Position numbers and translations under genes: made by a program. 64,000 nt of DNA, from contig CBFFRQ010000065.1 in assembly GCA_965644315.1 (NCBI GenBank), positions 62,001 through 126,000 of the forward strand, written 5' to 3'. Below are positions 53,374 to 63,800 of the stretch, piece after piece. This stretch comes from Caecitellus pseudoparvulus. Lineage: Eukaryota; Protista; Bigyra: Bicosoecida. The notes under the pieces were generated by a model. That model saw only the letters and a program-made list of their open reading frames with translations, had not been told where the DNA came from and did not search any database. The first letter of the stretch is position 1. Each line of letters opens with the position of its first letter.

Positions 53374-55959
53374 TTACAGCTCCTCGCGCACTTTGGCTAG
53401 TGGCCGACTTCTGCTGTCGGGCGTGGTCGAGTCCACGTCAGCCGTGGCAGCAGCCCGGCACGCGGCGGCTCGAATTTCTTGGTGAGAAAACATACTTGCG
53501 GGCCATAGTTCGGAGAAGGAGCTCCAGCGCGTGTTGCCGCCAGTCCCAGCACCAAAGTCGTACACAGGCTCGCTGGCAAACCTGGACACGGTGGGCGCCT
53601 GGATCCCCGCTCGCCGCAGCGCTGCTGGCAGCTGCACGCACCGATTCACTTGCAAACCTAGCTCATGAGCGTCTTTGGTGCCCAATTGCAGTGTGGGCGC
53701 CTCAGCCCCCCCCTCAACCTGCCCTACAGCCCAATGCACGAACTGGAGTAGGGCATCGGTGTCCACCAAGTATCGACCCAACCACTCCCCCGCAGAAAGG
53801 GTGGAGTCAGGTGACGGATGCAGCCCCAGCAGTGAAACAAATGCGCGGGCATCCAGCTGGACTGCTTCCACTGGAGGCTCGCCGGGGATATCCGCTACGG
53901 ACATGCCGTGGCCACCCACACTGGCAAACGCTTGCCACGCTTCCTTCAGAGCACCCAACATACCCTCGCTTGCTGTTGAACTTTCCATAGACATTGCACT
54001 AGAAGGAAGTGAGTGTGACGCGAGGCTCAGCACACGCTGCAGAGCCTTGCTTGCCGCTGCGGGCAGGCGAGGAGCTCCAAATCGGCTCAGGTCAGCGTCT
54101 GTGGACTCAAGGCTGGAGTGCTCGGTACTGAAGTGCACAGGCTCTGCAGCCCCATCTACCCCTTGTTCTTGGAGTGTGGGAAACCAACCTGTCCTCTCAG
54201 AGGGCGCGGGGACCCAGCTCTGCTGCTCCAAGACGCTGTGTGCGACGTTCAGAGCCAAGCATCGTTCAAGCAGCGCAGCATCCGCCTGCGCCAAGCGGTG
54301 CAGCAGGCGAGACGCCCGCCGCCGCTCAGCAGCAGAGAGGTGGGGGTAGTGCTCCTGTAGAAGTTCGCTTGCTTGGCCTACGACCCACTGGACATAAGCT
54401 CGCTGCATGACCTTCTTTGAGAGGGGGGCCAATGCAACTCCTTGAGCTCCAGTGTGCACTGGCTGAGACACGGCGCCCCAGTGAACCCCCACCTTCATAA
54501 ACGCCGGCACCGGAAGCTCAGCATCGAACCCCGGGCCAGCTGCTTCAATAGCCCAGGCTTGCTGCTGCGAAGCTGTGTGCTTCAGCACCCGCCCCACACG
54601 GCGCAGCGTGCCACGCACCGAGACGTCATTCACCGCCCCTGCTGTGTATGCCGACGCTGCCCTCTGCTCCCGGAGCATTGAAGTATTCCAGCGCAACAAT
54701 ATGCGCTGCACAAAACGGAGACTGTCCGATCCAATGTCCGACTGTGCGGAGGACCCCGCGGAGCGTGGCAGGGAAAAGCCCTCCTGCTCTGCCGCTGGCG
54801 CATCCTGCTGCACCGCAAGCTGCTCAACCAGATTTTCCATGTTCTTGGCGTAAAGAATGCTTTCTTCTAAGAAAGACCCATGGTTCACCTGGGCAAACGA
54901 GATCGTGTCCGCATCGTCGTCCGAGCCGGAGCCCGAGCCCTCGTCCCCGCTCTCGCTGTCGTCCGCCGACGACAAATGGCTCAGAGCTTCCAAAATGCTC
55001 CCCGCATCCACTGTCACGGAACTGCCTTCATTTGCCTCCTCGGTGTCATCGTCACCCTCCCCTGCGCCGCCAAAGGCTCCCGCGAGGCCGGCAGCACGCA
55101 CACCACCCGGCAGGTTCAGGGGAGGCTGCTTGACGAAGGTGGGCAGCCCGCCCACATCTGCACTACCAGGCACATCCGCGTGCCAGAAAATATCCAGCCT
55201 GTTCGAGTGGCTCGTAGACATCCTTGGCTGCATGCGCTGAGCAAACATGTGCAGCAGCTCTTCGGCTGTCTCGGGCTCCCGCAGGCGCTGCAAAACCAAG
55301 CTACGGGCATGGTATGCCGCAACAGCATACCAATCCCAAGCACAGACCAGGGCCAAATCCACTTCGCTGTCCAGCGGCTTCCCGTGGGCAACTTCCTGCA
55401 ATTCCAGCAACCACGCTCCAAGCAAGGGCTGTACTTGAGCCAGTGCTTCAGCGTCGGGCTCGTCATCCACACAGCAATGGTCCTGTAGCAGCTCTTCTAC
55501 ATAGTACAGCGCTTTCCATGGCATCTTGCGAGAGCATGCTGCAGCCCATTGAGCCTGCAGCATGCTTGGCGCTGGCCGAAGGCCAGCTCTCAGGCCTGCG
55601 GCCAGCACGCTTTGACCCGCCTGAAACCCGTCAGTCGACCCAACAGCGATGCTGTGGACATCCCTCCAAGTGGATGCGTCAATGAGCTGGCCGTCGCGGC
55701 ATGCCTGCTCCAGGGCGCTCACGATCCGCCCAACTTCTTCGGGAGCCAAAGGCTCTGCCCTGGAGACCTGCTCAACCCTTCGCACTGTTGCCTGAAGCTC
55801 CAGCAAAGCTGCAACTGGGGCCCTTGTCCGCGCACTCAAAGCAAACTGCCTGTGAAGTGTGGCGCCCACAACTGAACCTGCTTTTGGACGCCGACTTGGG
55901 CGGATTCGCCGCAGAGCAGCGGGGCCACAGCGGAAATTGATCAACCCAGCCCCCAGCAT
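53374..55959 (-). CDS. Hypothetical 861-aa protein, probably mitochondrial, with one degenerate PPR-like segment and an acidic central region
   Basis: Long uninterrupted ORF. Arg-rich N-terminus; GLRPAPSMLQAQWAAACSRKMPWKALYYVEEL resembles a PPR helix pair. Confidence 0.6.
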   Translation of the reverse strand: MLGAGLINFRCGPAALRRIRPSRRPKAGSVVGATLHRQFALSARTRAPVAALLELQATVRRVEQVSRAEPLAPEEVGRIVSALEQACRDGQLIDASTWRDVHSIAVGSTDGFQAGQSVLAAGLRAGLRPAPSMLQAQWAAACSRKMPWKALYYVEELLQDHCCVDDEPDAEALAQVQPLLGAWLLELQEVAHGKPLDSEVDLALVCAWDWYAVAAYHARSLVLQRLREPETAEELLHMFAQRMQPRMSTSHSNRLDIFWHADVPGSADVGGLPTFVKQPPLNLPGGVRAAGLAGAFGGAGEGDDDTEEANEGSSVTVDAGSILEALSHLSSADDSESGDEGSGSGSDDDADTISFAQVNHGSFLEESILYAKNMENLVEQLAVQQDAPAAEQEGFSLPRSAGSSAQSDIGSDSLRFVQRILLRWNTSMLREQRAASAYTAGAVNDVSVRGTLRRVGRVLKHTASQQQAWAIEAAGPGFDAELPVPAFMKVGVHWGAVSQPVHTGAQGVALAPLSKKVMQRAYVQWVVGQASELLQEHYPHLSAAERRRASRLLHRLAQADAALLERCLALNVAHSVLEQQSWVPAPSERTGWFPTLQEQGVDGAAEPVHFSTEHSSLESTDADLSRFGAPRLPAAASKALQRVLSLASHSLPSSAMSMESSTASEGMLGALKEAWQAFASVGGHGMSVADIPGEPPVEAVQLDARAFVSLLGLHPSPDSTLSAGEWLGRYLVDTDALLQFVHWAVGQVEGGAEAPTLQLGTKDAHELGLQVNRCVQLPAALRRAGIQAPTVSRFASEPVYDFGAGTGGNTRWSSFSELWPASMFSHQEIRAAACRAAATADVDSTTPDSRSRPLAKVREEL

Positions 55960-56417
55960 AGCTCTGGCCTCTCCCCTGATGTGGACCAAGATCCCAGGGG
56001 ACGGACCCCAGCCAAGTACAATCAGTGTGCGCTTCCGCAGGTGAAGTTGCTGAATTAAGTTTGCGGTCAGAATGCACCACGCTCAAGCGAACGACACAGA
56101 GAGGCCGCTATGGCCATACGAGATAGCGAGCGTCCCTCGGGTGGTGCCGCACACCTGCAGGTTCGGCAGCGTTGCCCCATCAGGAGTGATCAGCACGCTT
56201 CTGAAGTGGAACGCTTGTTGCAAAGTCCTGTTCCCGATGCGCGGGGCATATGGACCCGGACAAAGCCGAGCACTCCATGAAACCAAACACACGCTCCCAC
56301 TCCCCAACACCGTCCGACTTGTCAAATTGCAAGGGTGGCCCTACACTGCATTGGGGCCGATTGCTTCGGCCTAGGAGGAGGATTTCTGACGTAGAACTAA
56401 CCCTTGGAGTGACAAGT

Positions 56418-58463
56418 ATGGAGGAAGGACATCCTGTCAGCGTGTTGCCTGCTGGCCTCGCCACTGTTGCCTTGTCAAGCGCCGTCCCGCTGCACGTGGT
56501 CGCAAGGAGTGGAGAATACAGCGAGTATGTTATGCACTTGCTTGGTATGCTGATCGTTGCTCCTCATGCCCCCCTCCCCTGTGCTCAGCGTCCGGGCAGC
56601 AGTGCAAGCGGGAGTTTCAGCAGTGGCAGCGTTTCACTCGTCCAATACCGCCAAGCAGCACCTGTATGTATGCTCCTGAGATGCAGCCTCATTTTCAACC
56701 TCACTCCTGATCTTATATTCTTTGGCAGGAACTCAGGCTCATTGGACCTCGGCCGGTAAGGCATGTCAAGCGCCCAGTTCCCCGCTTGCCAACAACTCGG
56801 CTGGCTTTGCCCTGCTCAGGTACTCCGGGTGGTATCGCCAAGTTGGCCAGGTGTTGGCACTCGTTTTATTTGACGCAGGTCGTGTTGATAGCCAGCTGGT
56901 AAGCGCTTACTCACATCCCTGCTGGCCATTTGTGTGGGCCGTGCACGCTTCTGCCGGCTGCTTGCCCAGGTCCAAGTGGTGGTGCACCGACTCAGCTCAA
57001 CGCTGCAGTCTGCCTGCAAAGTGCGCAGTGAAGAGAGTGTGACGCAAGAAGGCCTGCGGTCCAGGTATGGTGCAGTGACTTTGTGCATGCGCCGCATCAT
57101 GAATGGGGGGAGAGGGGACGAGAGCGTTGTGCCTGCTGGGAGAAGGAGCGGCTCAACTACATGGAACACTCAACTGCTCGCGCAATCCCAGCCACTGGCT
57201 GCCATCAACCCAGCTCCACCTGACCATGAATACCTTCCACGCATCTCCAGGGAAGTGGGAGGGGCTTCACTGCTGCTGAATGAGTGCCCGCCTGCACTTC
57301 GCTGGCAACTGCTGCCCGACGTTGCGGTGGAAGAGGCCAGAGAGGGCGCTGGCGCAGACCCGCTGCATGCTGACGCAGTGGCAGAGACAGAATGGGAGCG
57401 TGCTCGAACCTATTTTGAGGCTCAGGATGACCTGCAGGTTGCGCTGCAGACCGCACTTCCCAGGTGGGCTGGGCAGCTGCCCTTCGACGATGGTGCTTGC
57501 CTGCCTGACCCCCCCACCGTGGCCACCTCTGATGTACGAGGTGCAGTAGGAGCCCAGGCGTCCAGTTTGGGAGAGTCATTGGGCCAAGGGGCATCGACCG
57601 AGAACCCGGCATCCGGCCTTCCTGACGGACCTGATGCAGGTGGGGCAGCCGCACCGCAGGCAGCTGTCGTCGAGCATGCCGAAGCCTCCGTAGAACATGG
57701 GGGTCACTCAGAACTGGTTCTTCAAGGCCATGAAAAGCTGCAGCTTGGATTCTTGGACGGTGCCCTCGTGAGGGCGGGCATGGAGGGGTGCATTGAGGCT
57801 CAGTCCAGTGATACTGCTGCGCACATCGTTGCCCTGGAAGTGCCCCACACAACCAGTGGCACGCCAAGCTTGCTTCCCGCACGGCTATGGCTAGCTCCCA
57901 CTGATGGTGGCACAGAGCGCCCTTTGGAGCTGCCATTCAGGGGCGCGTTACCTCCCACAACGGCGCTGCACTTCAAAGCTGGCGACCCAGCTTCGCTGGG
58001 GGACGTGCTTGGAATGTCTGCAATGGTGAAGCACTTGCCATCCAGCACAGCTGTAGTTGTCCGCGGGCGTCTGGGCAGCATGCTACCTGAGGGGCCAGGG
58101 CAAGCGTCCATCATCGTGGATGTCCCACCTCATCCGTCAGGTCAACCCTTCAAAGGCCTGCAGAGTAGCCCACCTGCAAGGTGGAACACCTCTAATCATC
58201 GCCTGCTATGGAAGCTTCAAGATCTCGCAGCGGACGTCGAGTTCTCAGCTAAGGCCAAGCTTGCGGTGGAGCAAGCAAGCCAGGACCCGGCAAGCGCTGC
58301 AACGCACGCACCGTGGCGTGGCCGCTTCCAGTTCTCGAGCCAGCAAGTGCCTGGGGCCTTGAGCGCACTTGGTCTGACGTTGGAGGCCTCTGATCAAGGC
58401 TCCTTGCGCTGGCAGCACAGCGTGGAGCTTGTGGCGGTCGGCAAGGTTTCCGTGACTGGGTGA
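56418..58463 (+). CDS. TCUP/TML-like medium subunit of the TSET/TPLATE complex (N-terminal longin plus C-terminal muniscin-type mu-homology domain); exons 56418-56524, 56589-56663, 56729-56755, 56820-56898, 56970-58463
   Basis: The spliced 593-aa product has a longin-like GSLDLGRYSGWYRQVGQVLALV...LQSACK...VTQEGLRSRYGAVTLCMRRIMNG and a muHD-like GHEKLQLGFLDG..VRAGMEG...SSPPARWN..NHRLLWKL. Confidence 0.65.
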
Positions 58464-58479
58464 GAGAAGCAAGCAGGAT

Positions 58480-59134
58480 TCATTCAGCAGCATCAGCAGC
58501 GGCGGCGGTGGACGGCGGCTGAGTGGCAGGTGCAGCGCCTTGGCCCACAGCCGTTAACTTCTCTGCCTCGGCATCGACAGACTTGTGGGTTACAAGCAGG
58601 GCCGCTGTGTCTGCCCACCCCGCATCCTCTGCCATGTCCAGGCTGCTTTGCCCTGCAGCATTGACTGCCATGACGTCCGCATCGTCACAAGCCTCCAGCA
58701 ATAATCTCACAACTTCAGTTTGGTGCTGCTGAGATGCCCAGTCTGCGTGGGGCGGCCGACTGCAGCATGAGGACCGGGCCAAGCACGCACTTCGCAGAGC
58801 CGTGACTCACGAAGGGGGGTGTTGCCTTGCTCGTTCGCCTGCAGGGTTGCACCTGCCGTGATGAGGCTTTGAACAACGTCCACGTGTCCATTTGCAGCAG
58901 CTGCGAGGTGTGACGGGCGCGTGTTGTTTTGTACTTGTGGGAAGTTGGGGCCGACAAACCAGCCTCACCTCGATGCAGAGCTGTATTGCCGAAATCATCT
59001 GTCCAGTTCACGTCTGCACCATGATCAATGTAGATCCCCACGCCCTCCAGCTCTCCATACCGAGCGCAGTCAAAGAAGTCTTCGTAGTGCTCGGGCTTCA
59101 GCTCTTCCTTCTCGCCCGCACCCGCTTCAGCCAT
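58480..59134 (-). CDS. Small ankyrin-repeat protein, YAR1-like; two introns
   Basis: FFDCARYGE..GNTALHR/AAANGH..NEQGNTPL/HWA..EVVRLLL. Confidence 0.75.
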
Positions 59135-59552
59135 TCTGCTCAGTGCGGATTTAGACGAACACACGACAATGCCCGACTTCCCTCCACCTCCGTTTGAAGT
59201 GAAACTGGGCGGTGTAGCGTCCGAATCATATAAAAAATGGCGGTGTTTGGCTTCAGTTTTGACAAACTGCCCCTCACACAGCTTTGCTGCCGGCGTAGGG
59301 TGGCTCAGGGGGGTACGCTGGTGCTTCACACACTCCGCTCCACACCTTGACCTCCACCAATAACCACCGCTATCCCGGACGTGAAAATAGTTGCTTCGTG
59401 TGTTCCATACACTTGCAACCATACCGTGCATCGAGAGGACCCCTGCCTGTGTTGCGGTGCTCGACTGTTTGTCGCGTTCAAGCTTGCACTCAAAGCTGCA
59501 GTGGCGCAGCTGAGCCACACAAGGCTTCCCTGCTCCGCAAGTCGCCCTGATC

Positions 59553-60416
59553 ATGGCGGAGACCGGCGCTGAAGCAACAGGCGCCTCTGAATCTGTAGAT
59601 TCCTTGCTTCCTCTCTGGGCAGCTTGGGTTTGCACAGCGCTTGCCTCGCTGGCTGTGAAGGCTGCGGTGTACTGGTTCCGGGATGTCGCACCCTGTTGGG
59701 GACGCCGGACTACCAAGCGACAGCACCAGGGTATCCTCAGCGTCCACGCTGCCAGGAAGGTACTGCACATATGCATGGGCTTGTGTTTCATGGCCTGCTG
59801 GCCGCTCTTTCCGCAGCACCCATGGTCCAGCTTCGTGGCCGCATCGGTGCCGTTGGCAATCACGGCTCAGTTTGCTGCCACAGGCGTCGGATGGATGCAC
59901 GATCCTGCCACTGTGGATGTTGTCTGTCGGACTGGGCAGGCCAAGGAGCTGCTGGGCGGGCCGCTGCAGTACGGCGTGATCCATGTGCTGGCCACAGTGC
60001 TCTCCTGGCGCAGCTCTGTTGGCGTTGCGTGCTTGGTTGCTCTGTGTGCTGGAGATGGAGCGGCTGCGCTTGTGGGGCAGAGTATTCCACGCCCTTCCCG
60101 GTGGAGGTTGCCGTGGAACAAGCACAAGACATGGCAAGGAACCCTTGCCTTTGTACTAGCCAGTGTGGCAGCCTGGACGGTGCTGGGGGTTGAGGGCGTC
60201 GTGCAGCACGGGGCTGAGCAGCCGCCTCAAGTAGGCAGCATGTTTGGTCTCTTCCCACGGGGTCAGAGTTTGTCTGTCATGTCGTTTACTTTCGTTGTGT
60301 GTGCTGCCGCGGCTGTGGAAAGCCTGCCCGGCATTGGCTCCTGGGACAACACGCTGGTCGCGACGACCGCAGGGGCGCTGACCATGTGGCTGCAGCTGGA
60401 TGGCTCAGAGCGGTGA
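59553..60416 (+). CDS. CTP-dependent isoprenoid alcohol kinase (farnesol/phytol kinase, FOLK/VTE5-like)
   Basis: RKVLHICMG...CWPLF, ELLGGPLQYG, LCAGDG.A.LVG, LPWNK.KT..G and VESLP..DN. Confidence 0.82.
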   Translation: MAETGAEATGASESVDSLLPLWAAWVCTALASLAVKAAVYWFRDVAPCWGRRTTKRQHQGILSVHAARKVLHICMGLCFMACWPLFPQHPWSSFVAASVPLAITAQFAATGVGWMHDPATVDVVCRTGQAKELLGGPLQYGVIHVLATVLSWRSSVGVACLVALCAGDGAAALVGQSIPRPSRWRLPWNKHKTWQGTLAFVLASVAAWTVLGVEGVVQHGAEQPPQVGSMFGLFPRGQSLSVMSFTFVVCAAAAVESLPGIGSWDNTLVATTAGALTMWLQLDGSER

Positions 60417-60866
60417 ACTTCATTCATCTACACGGGATTGTGCCTGCCTTGTGCACCGCGGGGCTGCGCAGTGGCCAAGGCAGGCAAGGGCTTGGAGCCG
60501 TGTGTGCAGCGGTGTGTAGCGCACATCACGTATCCACGCCAGGCTCAGTGAGAGCCTACGGAGCGGCTCCTGCAGTGTCGGGCAAGCAAGGGTGCTGTCA
60601 GAGTGCAAGCAAGGCTCGGCTGTCGGCAATGAGCATGCAGGAGGTTGTGCGAGGGACACAACTTTGTCTCTCAGGTGCAGGCACTTCGCTGCCCTCAATC
60701 CATGCACCGGCGGGAGCAAAATCTTTCACCTAACTCAGCCCCCGACTTCATCAGCCCTTGTTTGTGTTCTGGCCTGCGTTTGTGGCCTTTGCACGACGCC
60801 TTTGAAGTTCCTGGAACTCTGCCAGCTGCAGAGACCACCACAACCAGCCGCCCACCTCGAAGCATC

Positions 60867-63800
60867 ATGTCAGCCGGAGGCGTTCTCGTCGACGCCGGCG
60901 CCAAGGTGAGTTGCGAGCGAAGCCCCGGGGCTGGACGCACCTCCTTCATGCTGAAGCACCCTTCACGCCCTCTGCAGATTTCCCGGGAGGGCTACATGGC
61001 CAAAGACACCACCAAGGTGAGTGTTGGCGTGGTGGCCACCAGCACCACACCGCGCCGCCACCTTGCAAACCCTTCAACGTCTGCCGCCTTGCGCTTGTTA
61101 CCCAGGTGCTTGACTTCCTTGCGGCAAACCCTACCTATGATGGCCGAGGTGTGGTCATTGCCGTGCTGGACACCGGAGTCGGTACGTGCGCTGCATCGGT
61201 GTGAAGGCTTGTTGGTTGGCAGGGGCAACCTGAATGTTGGCGCAGCGGCCCACGTCAGGCTGGGCCTGCGCGCAAAGTGGCCGCATGGGAGGGCTGCGCT
61301 CTACTCCTGCGCGCTTGTGCAAGTGTGAGGCATGCTCTGAGTTGAGCATTGCTCCTTGCTTGCCGCGCCATCCAGCCCCTTGTTCCACTGCAACCTGCGA
61401 GGTGCACTGCCGCACTACCTCACCAGTACATTGCACAAGGAACCTGTGCTCCCCCGCTCCTTCTCTCAGATCCGGGTGCACCTGGCCTGCAAGTAACGAG
61501 CACCGGCAAGCCCAAGGTTGTGGATGTTGTCGAAGCTACCGGCTCCGGGGATGTCGGCTGTGGAGTTGTCGTCCGTACCGCTTCGCCGGCTGAAGCCGAG
61601 GATGGCAGCGAAGGCGGGGCAGAGGGCGAGAGCGAGGAGAAGGCCCCGACTGTCTTGCGAGGAGTGACAGGGCGCCCCCTGACGCTGAACCCCGCATGGG
61701 ACAACCCCACTGGAACGTGGTTCTTGGGTGCCAAGAAGGGCTACGACATCATGCCTGCTGGCCTCGTGAAGCGCTTGAAGGAGAGCCGGAACCAGGCCAC
61801 TGACGTGCATGTGTCGGCGCTTCTGCGCTCCGCGCGTGCGAAGTGGCTGCAATGGAAGGCAACCCACTGCTCCTCCCGACAGAGCTTGTCGGGCATGGCG
61901 GGGTCTTCTGTGGACACGGCCAACTTCAAGTCCCTGGACGAGCTCCCTGAGGCGCTGAAGCGTGAGGGCCTGGAGATCAAGGCCCGCATCGAAGCGCTGG
62001 AGCAAATCGCCAAGTGGTACAAGGATGAAGGTGGCGACCCTGGGCCAGTGTTTGATGTCATTGCCTGGCGCCAAAGCGACGGTCACTGGGTGGCCGTCGT
62101 GGACACTTCCGAGGCAGGTGACCTGGCGGGCGTGGAGCCCATGCTGCCGTACAAGTTCATGCGGCAGTGGCGGCGCCTGAGCGACGAGGCCCAGCTCAAC
62201 TATGCTGTGAACATCTACCTGGACGGTGCCACCAGCGTGGCTGAGCCAGAGGATGTCTCCATCCTCGACGCCATGGAGCACCTGAACTCGGTGACGGTGT
62301 CCATCATCACTGACGCCGGCAGCCACGGGACTCACGTCGCAGGCATCTCGGCGGGGTACTTTCCAGACGACACCAGTGGCACCCTGAACGGCGTGGCTCC
62401 CGGGGCTCAGATTGTCTCCATCAAGATCGGGGATACGCGACTGGGCTCGATGGAGACTGCAGCAGGTCTCATGCGTGGTGTGCGTGCTGTGCTGGACACA
62501 GGCGCCCACGTTGTGAACATGTCGTACGGCGAATCGTACAGCCACGCACAGCAGGGTCGCTTCATCGAAGCCATCGAGGAGGCTGTGCGAGGCCGCGGTG
62601 TCGTGTTCGTCACATCAGCGGGCAACTCTGGGCCAGCCATCACCACTGTCGGGGCGCCGGCAGGGTGCACATCCTGCGTCATCTCCGTCGCTGCTGCCGC
62701 GACCCGTGCGCTCGCGAAGTCTGCGTACTCCCTTAACGTGACAAGGCGTGGAGCGTACGCTCGTGGGCACAAGTCCACTGCTGCGGACGTGACTGAAGAG
62801 GATGAGGGTGCTGAGGACTTCATGGAGCCACCGGAGTCCATTCACTACACCTGGTCGTCCCGCGGCCCCAGCACTGACGGAGACCGAGGTGTCACTGTGA
62901 CGGCTCCCGGTGGTGCTGTCACCTCCGTGCCAAACTGGACCCTGAAGAAGCAGCAGCTCATGAACGGCACATCCATGTCCTCCCCGCACACTGCGGGCTG
63001 TGTCGCTCTCCTGCTCTCGGCAGCAAAGCTGGCTGGCATCCCCACCAACCCGTACTCGCTCCGCAAGGCCCTGCAGCACTCGGCTCGCATTGTGCCTCAC
63101 GCTACCGTCTGGTGTGCAGGCGGCGGCATGGTGCACGTGCCAGCTGCGTGGGATGTACTGCGCCAGCTCTCCTCGCGCGTCGCCACCCACGTGCTCACGT
63201 GGGGTGCAAGCGAGTCCGCTTACACCATGGACTACGGCATCTCGTCGGAGGATGACGTCGTGGACCCGGAAGTGCTGGAGGAGGAGCGTGCAGAAGTCCT
63301 CACGGCGGCACGCGCAGTTGTCATGAACGCCGAGGCAGGGCAGCCTGTGGCAGAGGAGGGCGACCATGATCCATCTGCGGGTGAGCATGAGGTGCCCACG
63401 GTGGGCGGCGGCAAGCCCCTTGACACGGGCATTTCGGGTGACGCCCGGTTGGGCTGGTTCGACCCAGAGCTGCAGGTGACTGTGCCGTACCAGGGCTCTG
63501 GCGCCGGCACCAAGGCCGACCGTGGCATTTACTGGCGAGACCCTGCCCAGTCTGAGGTGTCCACTGACGTTGACATTGATGTCACCCCTCTCTGGCGTGA
63601 TGAGCGCCGAGACGTCATGACCAAGGGCTTCGATGGCGGCGCCGGCACGCAAGCTCGCCCAAACCTGTTCCTGCAACGCTTCAAGGTCCACTACCACCGC
63701 ACCGTTGTCCTGCGCTCCACTGCTCCCGGGTGGGTCATTGTGCCAGACCACATTGTCTTGCTGAACCGGGGCAGGTCCTTCAAGGCGCACATCGACGCCA

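Noticed and set aside
59226-59245. TATAAAAAATGGCGG as a TATA box plus YY1-like site
   Set aside because: It is a single occurrence with no matching position at other genes, so it cannot be supported without TSS data.
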